Virus record (IMG/VR): IMGVR_UViG_3300047323_000678
DNA: 64,000 bases
Strand: one strand, 5' to 3'
From: a virus
Lineage: Duplodnaviria > Heunggongvirae > Uroviricota > Caudoviricetes
In this document: positions 17,729 to 27,455 of the stretch, in pieces
Layout of the letters: the number at the start of each line of letters is the position of its first letter
Position numbering within the stretch: the stretch's first letter is position 1
Notes under the pieces: model-generated
Told to the model about the DNA's origin: nothing
Seen by the model: the letters and a program-made list of their open reading frames with translations, nothing else
The model's database searches: none
Translations under genes and position numbers: made by a program

Positions 17729-17863
17729 ATGAAAATCAAACAAATTCTCAAATATTTGGTTTTTTACTCATTAGGTCTTACTCTGCTAGGACTAGCAGTT
17801 CTTCAAATTATATTAGCAGATTCTGCTGTGGGATTCCAGAGCATGCCTCTTTGGACACCTTAA
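17729..17863 (+). CDS. Small membrane peptide (44 aa), not in the ORF track
   Basis: MKIKQILKYLVFYSLGLTLLGLAVLQIILADS...; SD-like AGGA upstream. Confidence 0.4.
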   Translation: MKIKQILKYLVFYSLGLTLLGLAVLQIILADSAVGFQSMPLWTP

Positions 17864-17888
17864 TTATGCTAAGAAATAATGCCAAGAA

Positions 17889-18125
17889 TCAATCTTGGCA
17901 TTTTATTTTTTGTAGCATATTATATGCTTCATTTTTATTTTCAAAAATAATTGGGCGTTTTTCCGCATCTAAAATTGGTACATTTTTGTTAGCAAACCAA
18001 AATAATTTTTTTGGAAACACAAGAACAAATTTTGCCATATCTGGTTGCCAAAATTTTAATCTCTTTTTTTGTTCCAAAGTCAGTTGAGACAACAAAATTG
18101 TTTCATCTAGATTCATGTCGTTCAC
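17889..18125 (-). CDS. Hypothetical protein
   Basis: 78-aa ORF. Confidence 0.45.
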   Translation of the reverse strand: MNDMNLDETILLSQLTLEQKKRLKFWQPDMAKFVLVFPKKLFWFANKNVPILDAEKRPIIFENKNEAYNMLQKIKCQD

Positions 18126-18274
18126 CCAGTATTTTTTTATTTATAAATTATTTTTCTTAAAAACTCAAATTTAGCCGTATAATTAGAGTCTTAATAATAA
18201 CATATAATTAGGATTTTTTCATTTCTATGTTATACTACCTATATCAACCAACAACCTAAGTTCTAAGGAAAAAT

Positions 18275-18532
18275 ATGCAATCCACAAGATATATTGATAA
18301 AGAAAAAGTTCTTCAATTCCAAGAATTGGTTAAAGCTTTTGATCTGCGTTTTATTGGAAATCCAATTTATACTGGAGAGAAAGCATTAGTGACTATTGAT
18401 GGTAATGGTCTTCCAATGGAACAGTGCAATCAATTTTTTGCTGCTTGGAATAGGGTAAACACTCCAATTCGTGAAATTCCTAAAAAGACAAAACTGCAAA
18501 AACTAACCAAGAAATTGAAAGGTTGGTTTTAA
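18275..18532 (+). CDS. Hypothetical protein
   Basis: 85-aa ORF with SD TAAGGA, first of a three-gene operon. Confidence 0.7.
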   Translation: MQSTRYIDKEKVLQFQELVKAFDLRFIGNPIYTGEKALVTIDGNGLPMEQCNQFFAAWNRVNTPIREIPKKTKLQKLTKKLKGWF

Positions 18533-18916
18533 ATGGATAATTTTGACCATTTCCTTAATTTTGAAGGCTCATTGTCAATTGAACAGATTGGTAATGGTCT
18601 AACAAAGTATGGAGATGGTAAATTCTATCTTGATCATGGAACAGTTTTTATTGAGCTTGATGGATATAATCATTTCAATGAAATGACAAATAGAACAGAA
18701 TTTATCGGAATTGTTGAAGTTAAAACATCAGAAATTCAGAAAATGTTTGAATTAGTATTACTTCCTAATCCTGCAATGGATGAATTTGAAGTATATGTTA
18801 ATCAACAATTCAAAGAACTAGATATTATATTAAAAAAAATACAATTAGAAAAAGAGCTTAATCAAGAACTCAAGCAAGATCTAGAACCTAATAAAAATAA
18901 ATATTTAAAACTGTAA
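18533..18916 (+). CDS. Hypothetical protein with the C-terminal basic tag
   Basis: Paralog of the next gene (LNFEG/LNYQG, YGDGKF/YANGYF); ends KNKYLKL. Confidence 0.75.
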   Translation: MDNFDHFLNFEGSLSIEQIGNGLTKYGDGKFYLDHGTVFIELDGYNHFNEMTNRTEFIGIVEVKTSEIQKMFELVLLPNPAMDEFEVYVNQQFKELDIILKKIQLEKELNQELKQDLEPNKNKYLKL

Positions 18917-18919
18917 ATC

Positions 18920-19303
18920 ATGGAAGAAATTCTAAATTATCAAGGTAAAGTCCTAATCAGGCAAGACAGTTTTGCAAATGAGATTGTTCGTTATGCAAAT
19001 GGTTATTTTCATATGAATAATGGTGAATTATTTGTTGAACTACTTGAAAAATCCCCATTTAAAAATTTTCAATTTAGTAAAAGTCGTTTTATTGCTCAAG
19101 TAGAAATACAAGAGCCTAATTTATTTAGAATTTTTGATTTAAATCTTGAACCAACTGAAATGAAATTTTTTGAACAAGAAATTCTACAATTTAAAGTAGA
19201 AATAAATAATGATTTTAAAACATTTAAATCATATTTGGAGAAAAAGCAGTTGGAATACGAACTAAATATTAATAAAGAGAAACATAAAGTTAAAAAAATT
19301 TAG
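18920..19303 (+). CDS. Hypothetical protein with the C-terminal basic tag
   Basis: Paralog of the previous gene; ends HKVKKI then TAG. Confidence 0.75.
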   Translation: MEEILNYQGKVLIRQDSFANEIVRYANGYFHMNNGELFVELLEKSPFKNFQFSKSRFIAQVEIQEPNLFRIFDLNLEPTEMKFFEQEILQFKVEINNDFKTFKSYLEKKQLEYELNINKEKHKVKKI

Positions 19304-20244
19304 TTGCTTTTGATTGGGACTTGAATTTTCACAATTACACCTGTTGGCTCATTAGGTGCCATAATAAATTCAGCATTTCCATCATAAAGCATTTGTAATC
19401 TATTCTTAATATTATTAAGTGCCATACCATTACCAGAATTTTTGGTAAATCCTAAACCTGGTCCTGTATCTTTTACACTCATTTCTAAAAATCCATCAAT
19501 TTTTTGAGCAGATAGAGTAATAACTCCACCATTGATAGATTCCTCAATACCATATTTAATGGCATTTTCAACAATAGGCTGAAGCATCATTGTAGGGAAA
19601 TGCTCAGATTTGAGTTCATTACTAATATCATATTCTACTCTTAAGCGTTCTCCCATTCTGATTTCCATGATATCCAAATATGCATGGATATTTTCAATCT
19701 CTTTACCTAAAGTATTAAAAGGTAAGTTTTCACGAGCTTGAGGTAGAGAATATCTTAAATATGTTGTTAAATTCATCAGCATTTGAGAAGCTTTTTTCTG
19801 ATCAGATTCAATTAGAAAATGTAGAGATGAAAGTGTATTGAATAAGAAGTGTGGCTCAATTTGTGCTTGCATGACTTGAATTTTAGCTTCTACTAATTGA
19901 CGCTTAAGTGTTTCTTTTTCAGCATCTACTTTAGCAATTTGAACTTTTTTATCTGCATCAATTTTAGTTTTAGCAAAAATTTTAAGTCCAATAGATAGCC
20001 AAATAAATATAACCGTTAGATTGTTAATAATATTTTGCAGGAAAGTGCGTGAAAACATATTTCCAACAGCGTCACTAATAATACTAAATAGAATAATAAA
20101 GATTACAAATTTTTTCCATGAAAGACTATTAATCCAAACAGAGAATGCTTGGAAATCTTTTTTGCATTGTTCCTTGAAACAAGGCATTCTCTGTTCAATC
20201 CATGTAGTTAACTTGGCGATTAATTCTTTATTTCTAAAATGCAT
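19300..20244 (-). CDS. LytS/YehU-type sensor histidine kinase
   Basis: QAQIEPHFLFNTL H-box, LQPIVENAIKYG, DTGPG, GMALNNI; two TM segments. Confidence 0.93.
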   Translation of the reverse strand: MHFRNKELIAKLTTWIEQRMPCFKEQCKKDFQAFSVWINSLSWKKFVIFIILFSIISDAVGNMFSRTFLQNIINNLTVIFIWLSIGLKIFAKTKIDADKKVQIAKVDAEKETLKRQLVEAKIQVMQAQIEPHFLFNTLSSLHFLIESDQKKASQMLMNLTTYLRYSLPQARENLPFNTLGKEIENIHAYLDIMEIRMGERLRVEYDISNELKSEHFPTMMLQPIVENAIKYGIEESINGGVITLSAQKIDGFLEMSVKDTGPGLGFTKNSGNGMALNNIKNRLQMLYDGNAEFIMAPNEPTGVIVKIQVPIKSN

Positions 20245-20287
20245 ATATTACTCTTTCTTGCCAATTTTATTTTCACTACGCTATATA

Positions 20288-20539
20288 TTATTCAACTGTT
20301 TTAAACTTTCTATTATTAAGTAATTTAATACCAATTGAAATAAAAGCAAGTAGTGCAGCTAAATTATCAAAGAAGTTATGTCCGCCAGTAAGATCTCCAG
20401 TTAAACCACCAACTATCATAAGAATAAGTAAAAAGATTAAAAATTTTCCTGTAGTTAGTGTATTTAAAAAATCAGTATAATTAATTAATGATTCTTTAAA
20501 CCAAGCTGAAAAGCTATTGTTATTATTATTATCTGACAT
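20288..20539 (-). CDS. Small 2-TM protein resembling the kinase membrane domain
   Basis: FLNTLTTGKFLIFLLIL...FDNLAALLAFISIGIKL versus kinase WINSLSWKKFVIFIILF...INNLTVIFIWLSIGLKI. Confidence 0.7.
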   Translation of the reverse strand: MSDNNNNNSFSAWFKESLINYTDFLNTLTTGKFLIFLLILMIVGGLTGDLTGGHNFFDNLAALLAFISIGIKLLNNRKFKTVE

Positions 20540-20569
20540 GATATGTCTCCTTTTATAGTTATTTAATAA

Positions 20570-20800
20570 TTATGATGATGCCTTTGGTAATTTCTTACCT
20601 ACTACATATACTGTAGCAATTTTGGGATTAATTCCATTTGTTGCTACTGCCTTAACCTGTGGAATTTCTTGTTGCATTGTTTGGCTTATATTTTGAGTGT
20701 GTGCTTCTTTGCTACCAAAGGAAGTCACTATCAAAATTACGAAAGTTGCAAAAAGAGTTGTGAAAAATTTGTTTTCAGTATTTTGTGTATTCATGTTCAT
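20570..20800 (-). CDS. Small exported protein with a C-terminal TVYVVGKKL motif
   Basis: N-terminal hydrophobic segment; SD GGAGA. Confidence 0.65.
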   Translation of the reverse strand: MNMNTQNTENKFFTTLFATFVILIVTSFGSKEAHTQNISQTMQQEIPQVKAVATNGINPKIATVYVVGKKLPKASS

Positions 20801-21257
20801 TTAAAATCTCCGTTTAAGTTTAGTTAATATTATATTAGGTGCTTTGCATTAGATAATCTAGTGCTATGCGATGTACTGCGCAATTCGAGGTATAAAATGC
20901 AAATATCAAGGATAGAATGCGTGAGATACTGCATTGCAACAAATTGAACACCCTATTAAATAGGAAAAAAACAAAAATGCAAGTGTAAATTAATACATTT
21001 TTTCTCTATATTAGGGTTCAAATAAATATTAATATTTTAATTTAAGAATAAAATTAATATTTGAACCTTTTAATCAAAATAAAATATGTAGGTAATAATA
21101 ATTGTTAGTGATAAATTGCTTTATGATGTATTTTTGTAAAATTTTGTAGCTGAACTAAAGTTTTTGATAAATATCAAAAAAAATCCCCATATTAATTTTG
21201 TTGTGTTATACTGTGTTCCTCAAAACATTGTTTAAAACTCAAATAAGGAAAAGAATC

Positions 21258-21743
21258 ATGACTACTTTGATTGATACAGTAAAAAAAGCAAAAATCCAAG
21301 CTTTCAAAGATAAAGATGAAGTAAAGAATACTCTGCTTTCTACAGTCATTGGTGATGCAGGCACCAAAGCAAAAAATGATAAAGATCGTCCAGTTGCTGA
21401 TGCCGATGTTGTAAGTGTGATGAAAAAAATTCTCACTGGTATTGAAGATAATTTTAAAACCTTTGAGAAGTATCCTGTCACTAAGGCAGAAGATATTGCT
21501 AAGCGAGAAGTAGAAACAGTCAAAATGAATAAAGAAAAGGCTATTCTGTTGGAACTTATTCCGCCTACTCCCAACCAAATGACTGAAGATCAACTTCGTG
21601 CTGAAATTCAAAAAATCATGCAAGAGCAATCACTGGCTAGCCCTAAAGCAATGGGTGTGATTATGAAAGAACTGAAGGCCAATTTTGCAGATCAGTATGA
21701 TGGTGGTATGGCATCTAAACTTGCAAAAGAACTTCTAGCTTAA
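21258..21743 (+). CDS. GatB/YqeY domain protein
   Basis: AKIQAFKDKD...LLSTVIG, QMTEDQL, MGVIMKELK...DGGMASKLAKELL. Confidence 0.88.
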   Translation: MTTLIDTVKKAKIQAFKDKDEVKNTLLSTVIGDAGTKAKNDKDRPVADADVVSVMKKILTGIEDNFKTFEKYPVTKAEDIAKREVETVKMNKEKAILLELIPPTPNQMTEDQLRAEIQKIMQEQSLASPKAMGVIMKELKANFADQYDGGMASKLAKELLA

Positions 21744-21800
21744 ATAAATTAAGATATAAATATAGGGGCTTCGGCCCCTTTTTCATATAGAGGAGAATAA

Positions 21801-21995
21801 ATGAAAGATAATGATTTCGATAAACACATTGATTGGACAAGTCTTAATGAAAAATTTAAAGAACATATGCCAAGAAATAAAACCTTAATTGCAGTAATGC
21901 CACAGCATCCACCAATTCGTCTTCTAAGTAATTTAACAGAAGGTATTTATCCACCAAGAGAGATGTTTTTTTTCAAAAAAAACAAAAATAAGTGA
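21801..21995 (+). CDS. Small hypothetical protein
   Basis: SD GAGGAG, 64 aa. Confidence 0.5.
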   Translation: MKDNDFDKHIDWTSLNEKFKEHMPRNKTLIAVMPQHPPIRLLSNLTEGIYPPREMFFFKKNKNK

Positions 21996-22366
21996 TGAAA
22001 AAATTTATTATATTTTTATTTTTTCTAAGCTCATTGAATTTAGCTTATGCTGAAAATCATTCTACAGCTAAAGTAAGTGTAAATGTTGTCAGTCTAAACT
22101 CTATTAATATTAGGAAGCAAGAGAACACTCTAGATAAAAACATAGAAGTATTAAGCAAATATGAAAATGAAGTTTGTCCAACAAAATTTTTTGTGAAGAT
22201 AACTAAAAATAATATAACAACTCAATCTGAAACATTTGGAACATGTTCTGATATAGCTAGAATTAAGATAACTGAAAATAAAGTACTTATTTCAATGCCA
22301 AGCAGTGATGGGTCTTATGTTACTTATATATATGACACTATAAAATTAAAACTAGAAAACAAGTGA
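21992..22366 (+). CDS. Secreted hypothetical protein
   Basis: Signal peptide ending AYA; CP...SETFGTCSD Cys pair. Confidence 0.65.
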   Translation: MMKKFIIFLFFLSSLNLAYAENHSTAKVSVNVVSLNSINIRKQENTLDKNIEVLSKYENEVCPTKFFVKITKNNITTQSETFGTCSDIARIKITENKVLISMPSSDGSYVTYIYDTIKLKLENK

Positions 22367-22464
22367 GAGCAACCAAAAGTTTAAATCATTAAATTTCTAG
22401 TCAACTTTGGCAAAAAGACAAAACAACTTCAAGGTGATATTTTTACTTAAAATATAAAAAAGCC

Positions 22465-22492
22465 CTAAAGTTTCGTATTTATATGCCGATAA
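22465..22492 (+). promoter_or_regulatory. sigma28 (FliA) promoter
   Basis: TAAAGTTT-N11-GCCGATAA (TAAA-N15-GCCGATAA), consensus match 33 nt upstream of the tonB-C start. Confidence 0.8.
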
Positions 22493-22525
22493 CCGCGTAC
22501 AACCACTATAAGGATCTTTGTTTTT

Positions 22526-22843
22526 ATGAAAAAATTTGTATTTGCTGTAATTATGACATTAGGTGTTGCTTCTTTTGCAAATGCAGGTAGTGCTATTATT
22601 GATAATAAAACAACTTGCAAGCCGGAATACCCTAAAGCTTCCCTTATGAATGAAGAGCAAGGAACTGTTGTATTAAATCTTTTAGTTCATCAGGATGGAA
22701 GTGTTTCAGATTCAAAAGTTGAAAAATCTAGTGGTTTTAAAAATTTAGATAAAGCAGCCCAAAAAGCTCTTGCAGCTTGTAAATTTAAGCCAGCAGCAAA
22801 AGAAGAGTGGCAAACCATTGAATATAAGTGGACTTTAGAGTAA
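22526..22843 (+). CDS. Stand-alone TonB C-terminal domain protein
   Basis: Signal peptide; PEYPKASLMNEEQGTVVL...DGSV...VEKSSGFKNLDKAA...CKFKPA. Confidence 0.9.
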   Translation: MKKFVFAVIMTLGVASFANAGSAIIDNKTTCKPEYPKASLMNEEQGTVVLNLLVHQDGSVSDSKVEKSSGFKNLDKAAQKALAACKFKPAAKEEWQTIEYKWTLE

Positions 22844-23013
22844 CCATCTACTTTTACCATAAAACCTCTAGCCTAAAACTAGAGGTTTTTTTATAGACAA
22901 AAAAAATAAATAAAATTAAAAAAAAAACTGTACATTTTTTTAAAAAGGACTATAATAACTACATCAGCAAATAACTGATTAAATTTAAAAACCACTAATA
23001 AGGACGAAGGAAA

Positions 23014-23217
23014 ATGAAACAATTTGATATCTACACCGAACTGAAAAAAGAAGACCGTAAGTTTGGCGAGAAATCTAGCAAGGCATCACCGAAAGACCAC
23101 AAAAAGCGCATTAAGCATGCTGATAATTTCAGCAAAATGCGCCCTTCCGATATCATCGCAATGGGTGATGATCTAGGAGATGAATTTGAAGAAGAATTTG
23201 ATATGGAAGCAGCTTAA
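23014..23217 (+). CDS. Small charged hypothetical protein
   Basis: Own promoter (22929-22956), SD and downstream terminator. Confidence 0.65.
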   Translation: MKQFDIYTELKKEDRKFGEKSSKASPKDHKKRIKHADNFSKMRPSDIIAMGDDLGDEFEEEFDMEAA

Positions 23218-23433
23218 TAGTAATAAAGTATTACAGAGCTAAAAGTACAGAATAATGAGCAAAGTCCCAAGCCAAGTGCTTGGGATTTTTATTTGTGCTG
23301 GCAATAAAAATAAAATTTGAAATATTTGCTTACAAAGTGTTATTGATTTCAGATTAAATATAAGTAAACCTATAAATAAGAGTATTCGTTAATACTCCTG
23401 TAAGACACACAAATTTTAAAGGAGACATGTGTT

Positions 23434-23673
23434 ATGAAAAAAATTTCAATGATTGTTGCTTCAATGTTAGTTACTGTTGCTGCTCAAGCTGCTGAGCCTG
23501 TTGCTACCCCTGCGGTTGCTGCTACTCCAGCTACCCCGGCTGCACCTGTAAAAGTTGAAACTGCAAAACCAGTTAAGCATGTAAAACACACCAAGCATAT
23601 TAAAGCAGAAAAAGCTACCCCAGCGACTCCTGCTACTCCAGTTGCAAGCACTCCTGCTCCTGCTGCTAAGTAA
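23434..23673 (+). CDS. Secreted Ala/Pro/His-rich low-complexity protein
   Basis: Signal peptide ending AQA; ATP repeats; SD AAGGAG. Confidence 0.75.
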   Translation: MKKISMIVASMLVTVAAQAAEPVATPAVAATPATPAAPVKVETAKPVKHVKHTKHIKAEKATPATPATPVASTPAPAAK

Positions 23674-23781
23674 TCTAGTAAGAAATAATAAGAAAAGCCC
23701 CTTAAATGGGGCTTTTTTATTTTTATAGTAATTTAAAAAAAAGATGTTATAATAAATTTCTATTATTCTTAGGAGAAAATT

Positions 23782-24009
23782 ATGAAAAAAATGATCTATG
23801 CATTTATTTTAATGATGTTTGTCAGCTTTTCTAGCTTTGCCCAGGATAATAGTAAAGAAAAAATTGATAAAAAGCCTGTTCAAATGGACTCTCATGAAGC
23901 ATCAGCAGCAGTATTAGGCGGTGGAATTGTTATTCTTATCTTATTGTCATATGGTATTAGTGTTATTATGGAAAAGCGTGAGAAAAAGAAGTCTAAAGAA
24001 AACTCCTAA
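23782..24009 (+). CDS. Small exported or membrane protein
   Basis: Signal peptide plus one TM. Confidence 0.65.
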   Translation: MKKMIYAFILMMFVSFSSFAQDNSKEKIDKKPVQMDSHEASAAVLGGGIVILILLSYGISVIMEKREKKKSKENS

Positions 24010-24096
24010 AATAATTAAAATTGCTGTACAAAAAATTTCGGTCTGTTATAATAGCCTTACAGCAAGAAAATTTTAATTAACTCTCAAGAGAAAATA

Positions 24097-24522
24097 ATGA
24101 AAAAACTGATTTGCATGTTCTTCATCATGATTTCGGTAGCAATTCCTAGTTTTGCAGATAATGAGTTTATGTCTCAAACAGCAGTAAATATTGTTAATTC
24201 AAGTATGCTTCAATCTGCAACGCAATCTAATAATGTCCAACCTGGTGTAAAAAATGTGCCTAAAAAAGAATGGACTTGGCAACGAATTAAAGATGAATGG
24301 AATGAAGCCCCAACTCGTGAGAAAATTGGTGGTGTTCTTACTATCATCATTTTATTGTTGTTTTCAAAAATTTGGTTAGAGGCTGTGCTTCTTGTAGGAA
24401 TGATTATTTGTGCAATTATCGCATGGGTTTTTATGGGAATCGGTAACATAATTTTAGGAACTTTACTTGGCATTGTATCAGTCATCAAACGAACTGCCAT
24501 TTATCTAAGTAAAACATCTTAA
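24097..24522 (+). CDS. Membrane protein
   Basis: Signal peptide plus hydrophobic C-terminal half. Confidence 0.65.
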   Translation: MKKLICMFFIMISVAIPSFADNEFMSQTAVNIVNSSMLQSATQSNNVQPGVKNVPKKEWTWQRIKDEWNEAPTREKIGGVLTIIILLLFSKIWLEAVLLVGMIICAIIAWVFMGIGNIILGTLLGIVSVIKRTAIYLSKTS

Positions 24523-24625
24523 AAAAAGTATGCAATAAAAAGAAAAGCTCCTTCTGGAGCTTTTTTGTTATCTATTCATTTACTTTTAGCCCTAATACTT
24601 TATGATATATATATTGAGGATAAAT

Positions 24626-25849
24626 ATGAATACCAAAATAATAACAGAACATTTTGCTAAAAAAGAAGGAAATAGCGATGTTTTTTCATCAATAAAATTA
24701 GCATTACAATCTTATTTTGTAGCAGATATTTCTCAAGAAAATGCATTAAATGTTGTTAAAGAATTAAATGAAATATTGCAAATTTATCCATATCCTCTTG
24801 TAAGTGAACATGTTGGTGATGGAGAAATTCGGATTAGTTCTCCAGTTGAGGAAATGTATCATAAATTAAATACATTAATGTTATTATATCCTAAAGAAGA
24901 ATATATTAAAGAGTATTTAGATAAGTTAATGGAAGTATATCAAAAAACTGATGAATTTTATTATTATTCACAAGAGAAAGAAAATTTTTTTAAATATATA
25001 TACGATTTTGAATCTTTTACAGAAATTCATGCAAATTTAATGGAGAATTATTTTATAAAGAATAGTATTCCATTTCATCCAAGTTTATCTATTTTTAAGA
25101 AGTTTGAAATATTGGTAAATGAAGTTAACTTAAATCCTAAAAAATTTGAAAAATTACAAAATTTTTGGAAAGAAAACTCAAAAGCACTTACAACTTCATG
25201 TGACAATCCAAATAATTGGACAATTCCTGAATTGTATAAATCTTTAACAACTAATCCAGAAATTATTGAAAATATAGATAAAGTAAATAATTTAATGATA
25301 ATAGAAACAAGAATAAGAATTGCTAAAGGAATATTTCAAAATTTTTTAAATCATCCAGAAAACCAAGATGAATTATCTGATAAATTTCCATTGTTTTTTA
25401 AATTTGCATCTTGGATGAAACCAATTGATGTTAAAAAATTTTATTATCAATTTGAGGAAAAACATATTGATATATTAGCTAAATATAAAAATAGAGCAGG
25501 TTATAAACAATATATTGAAAATAGCTTTAATATTAATATAGATGAACATAAAAATTATGGTTTACTTCTCCATAAATTAGCACAAAAGGCATCTCTATTT
25601 ACGAAATTATTTGATACTCATGAAGAAAATAATAAACTGTTTGTTGAGTGTTATTCATTAAGTGATTTATTAAAAAAAATTAGACCAACAAAGTTAGATA
25701 ATCGAACCTATGGTTTTAAAAATTACCAAGAAAAAAATGAACAATTTATGAAATTTATTGCAAAATTAATAGTTGAAGCAGAGCATGATGAATTACAGAA
25801 ATATTTACCAATAAATAATGGTGAGAACATCAAAAGAATAAAATTATAA
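24626..25849 (+). CDS. Hypothetical protein with the C-terminal basic tag
   Basis: About 407 aa; ends ELQKYLPINNGENIKRIKL. Confidence 0.75.
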   Translation: MNTKIITEHFAKKEGNSDVFSSIKLALQSYFVADISQENALNVVKELNEILQIYPYPLVSEHVGDGEIRISSPVEEMYHKLNTLMLLYPKEEYIKEYLDKLMEVYQKTDEFYYYSQEKENFFKYIYDFESFTEIHANLMENYFIKNSIPFHPSLSIFKKFEILVNEVNLNPKKFEKLQNFWKENSKALTTSCDNPNNWTIPELYKSLTTNPEIIENIDKVNNLMIIETRIRIAKGIFQNFLNHPENQDELSDKFPLFFKFASWMKPIDVKKFYYQFEEKHIDILAKYKNRAGYKQYIENSFNINIDEHKNYGLLLHKLAQKASLFTKLFDTHEENNKLFVECYSLSDLLKKIRPTKLDNRTYGFKNYQEKNEQFMKFIAKLIVEAEHDELQKYLPINNGENIKRIKL

Positions 25850-25863
25850 AAGGAAATTGTAAC

Positions 25864-26319
25864 TTAATTTATTTGGTTTAATGTTGCAAATAATCTTGGA
25901 TAAATTGGCCAAAACCCAATAAATATAGTAAAAATGATAGTTTCCAATATTTCTCTAAATGCAGAAAATTTTAACTCATAATTTCTAACATAAGTAATAA
26001 CCATGCCAACTGTAACTCCTGAAGCACATAGTAAATAGGGAAATAAAATTTCGTATGATGCTCTTGCATTATATCCTTTATAATAAAATAACCAACAAAG
26101 CATAAAGCAATATGATAAAGCACCAGTTGATACAATATTAGGTTTTACTTTATACAAAAGCATAGACGAAATAGATAAGAGAATGAATGCAAAAATAAAG
26201 AAAGAAGAAATATTCTCATCCATTATTTTAAAATGTATTGCAATATAAATAGAAAATGAAATAAACAAATAAACCCATTCATATTTTCTATTTTTGATAT
26301 TTAAGTTTTCTAGTAACAA
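25864..26319 (-). CDS. Multi-pass membrane protein
   Basis: About five hydrophobic segments; SD GAGG before TTG. Confidence 0.6.
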   Translation of the reverse strand: MLLENLNIKNRKYEWVYLFISFSIYIAIHFKIMDENISSFFIFAFILLSISSMLLYKVKPNIVSTGALSYCFMLCWLFYYKGYNARASYEILFPYLLCASGVTVGMVITYVRNYELKFSAFREILETIIFTIFIGFWPIYPRLFATLNQIN

Positions 26320-26443
26320 GTTTCCACCTCAACAACATATTTCCTAAACATAAAACTAATTATCAAATCTGTCAAAAATTGTTAAATGCATAATTAACAA
26401 TTGACAACTACACTTTCTGCCACTTCTACCCACAATTTCACAC

Positions 26444-27325
26444 TCATCCTTTATTATTAATCAAACAATTCATTATTTGTTTGGAAATTGAGTCAATAAC
26501 AGGAACAGCAACAGAGTTTCCTAGTTGCTTCATTGCTTGGCTTTTAGATACAGGAAAAACGAAGCTGTCAGGAAAACCTTGCATCTTTTTGGCAGTCTCA
26601 GGTGTAAGGCGAACTTCTTTACCATCAACAATATAACCATCCCAATTTCTTCGATCTGTAATTGGAGAACCTCTTCCACCCACTCTAAGAGTAAATCCGA
26701 CTATTCTTGAACATGGTGCTTCAAAAATATCACTCATAGTTTTTCTCAGTTTTACAGGTTGAGGAAAATTAAATTGTATATTTTTATCTTTAAAGCCAAC
26801 CATATAAAGTCTAGCACGATGTTGAGGGCAATTAAAATCACTAGCTTTAATAATTTTATGATAGAAAGAATATCCTAAATTTTCTAAAGTTTCTTTAATA
26901 ACCTTAAAGGTTTTACCATTATCATGAGTGTAAAGATTTCTTACATTTTCTAAAAAGAAAGCATCAGGTTGTTTAACTTTAATAATCTCAGCAATATTAA
27001 AAAATAAAGTTCCACGAGTATCATTAAATCCTAATTTTTTTCCAGCCTGGGAGAAAGGCTGACATGGGAATCCAGCACAAAGCACATTAAAGTCAGGAAT
27101 GTTACGAGGATTTATTTTTGTAATATCTTCATTTAAATCAAATCCTAAAATATTTTCACCAGGTTTTTTAAAATTTGAAATATAAGTTTTTCTCGCAAAT
27201 TGGTCTTTTTCACTTGCAAATACACATTGGAATTTATTATTCGTCATACCTAAATGAAAACCACCTATGCCTGCAAACAAATCTATAAAAGTGAATTTAT
27301 TATTCTTCTTCTTCTTATAATCCAT
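26444..27325 (-). CDS. C5 cytosine DNA methyltransferase (orphan)
   Basis: DLFAGIGG, GFPCQPFS, ENV, QHRAR, GNSV motifs. Confidence 0.96.
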   Translation of the reverse strand: MDYKKKKNNKFTFIDLFAGIGGFHLGMTNNKFQCVFASEKDQFARKTYISNFKKPGENILGFDLNEDITKINPRNIPDFNVLCAGFPCQPFSQAGKKLGFNDTRGTLFFNIAEIIKVKQPDAFFLENVRNLYTHDNGKTFKVIKETLENLGYSFYHKIIKASDFNCPQHRARLYMVGFKDKNIQFNFPQPVKLRKTMSDIFEAPCSRIVGFTLRVGGRGSPITDRRNWDGYIVDGKEVRLTPETAKKMQGFPDSFVFPVSKSQAMKQLGNSVAVPVIDSISKQIMNCLINNKG

Positions 27326-27455
27326 TGAATATCCTAATTTTCAACGAATTATAAGAAAAAAACTTACAAAAACAATATAATTTAACAAAAAATCTATTGA
27401 TTTTTTAATGTTATTAAGCGTATTGTATAAACTATTGTTTCACGAGGAAAAAGAA

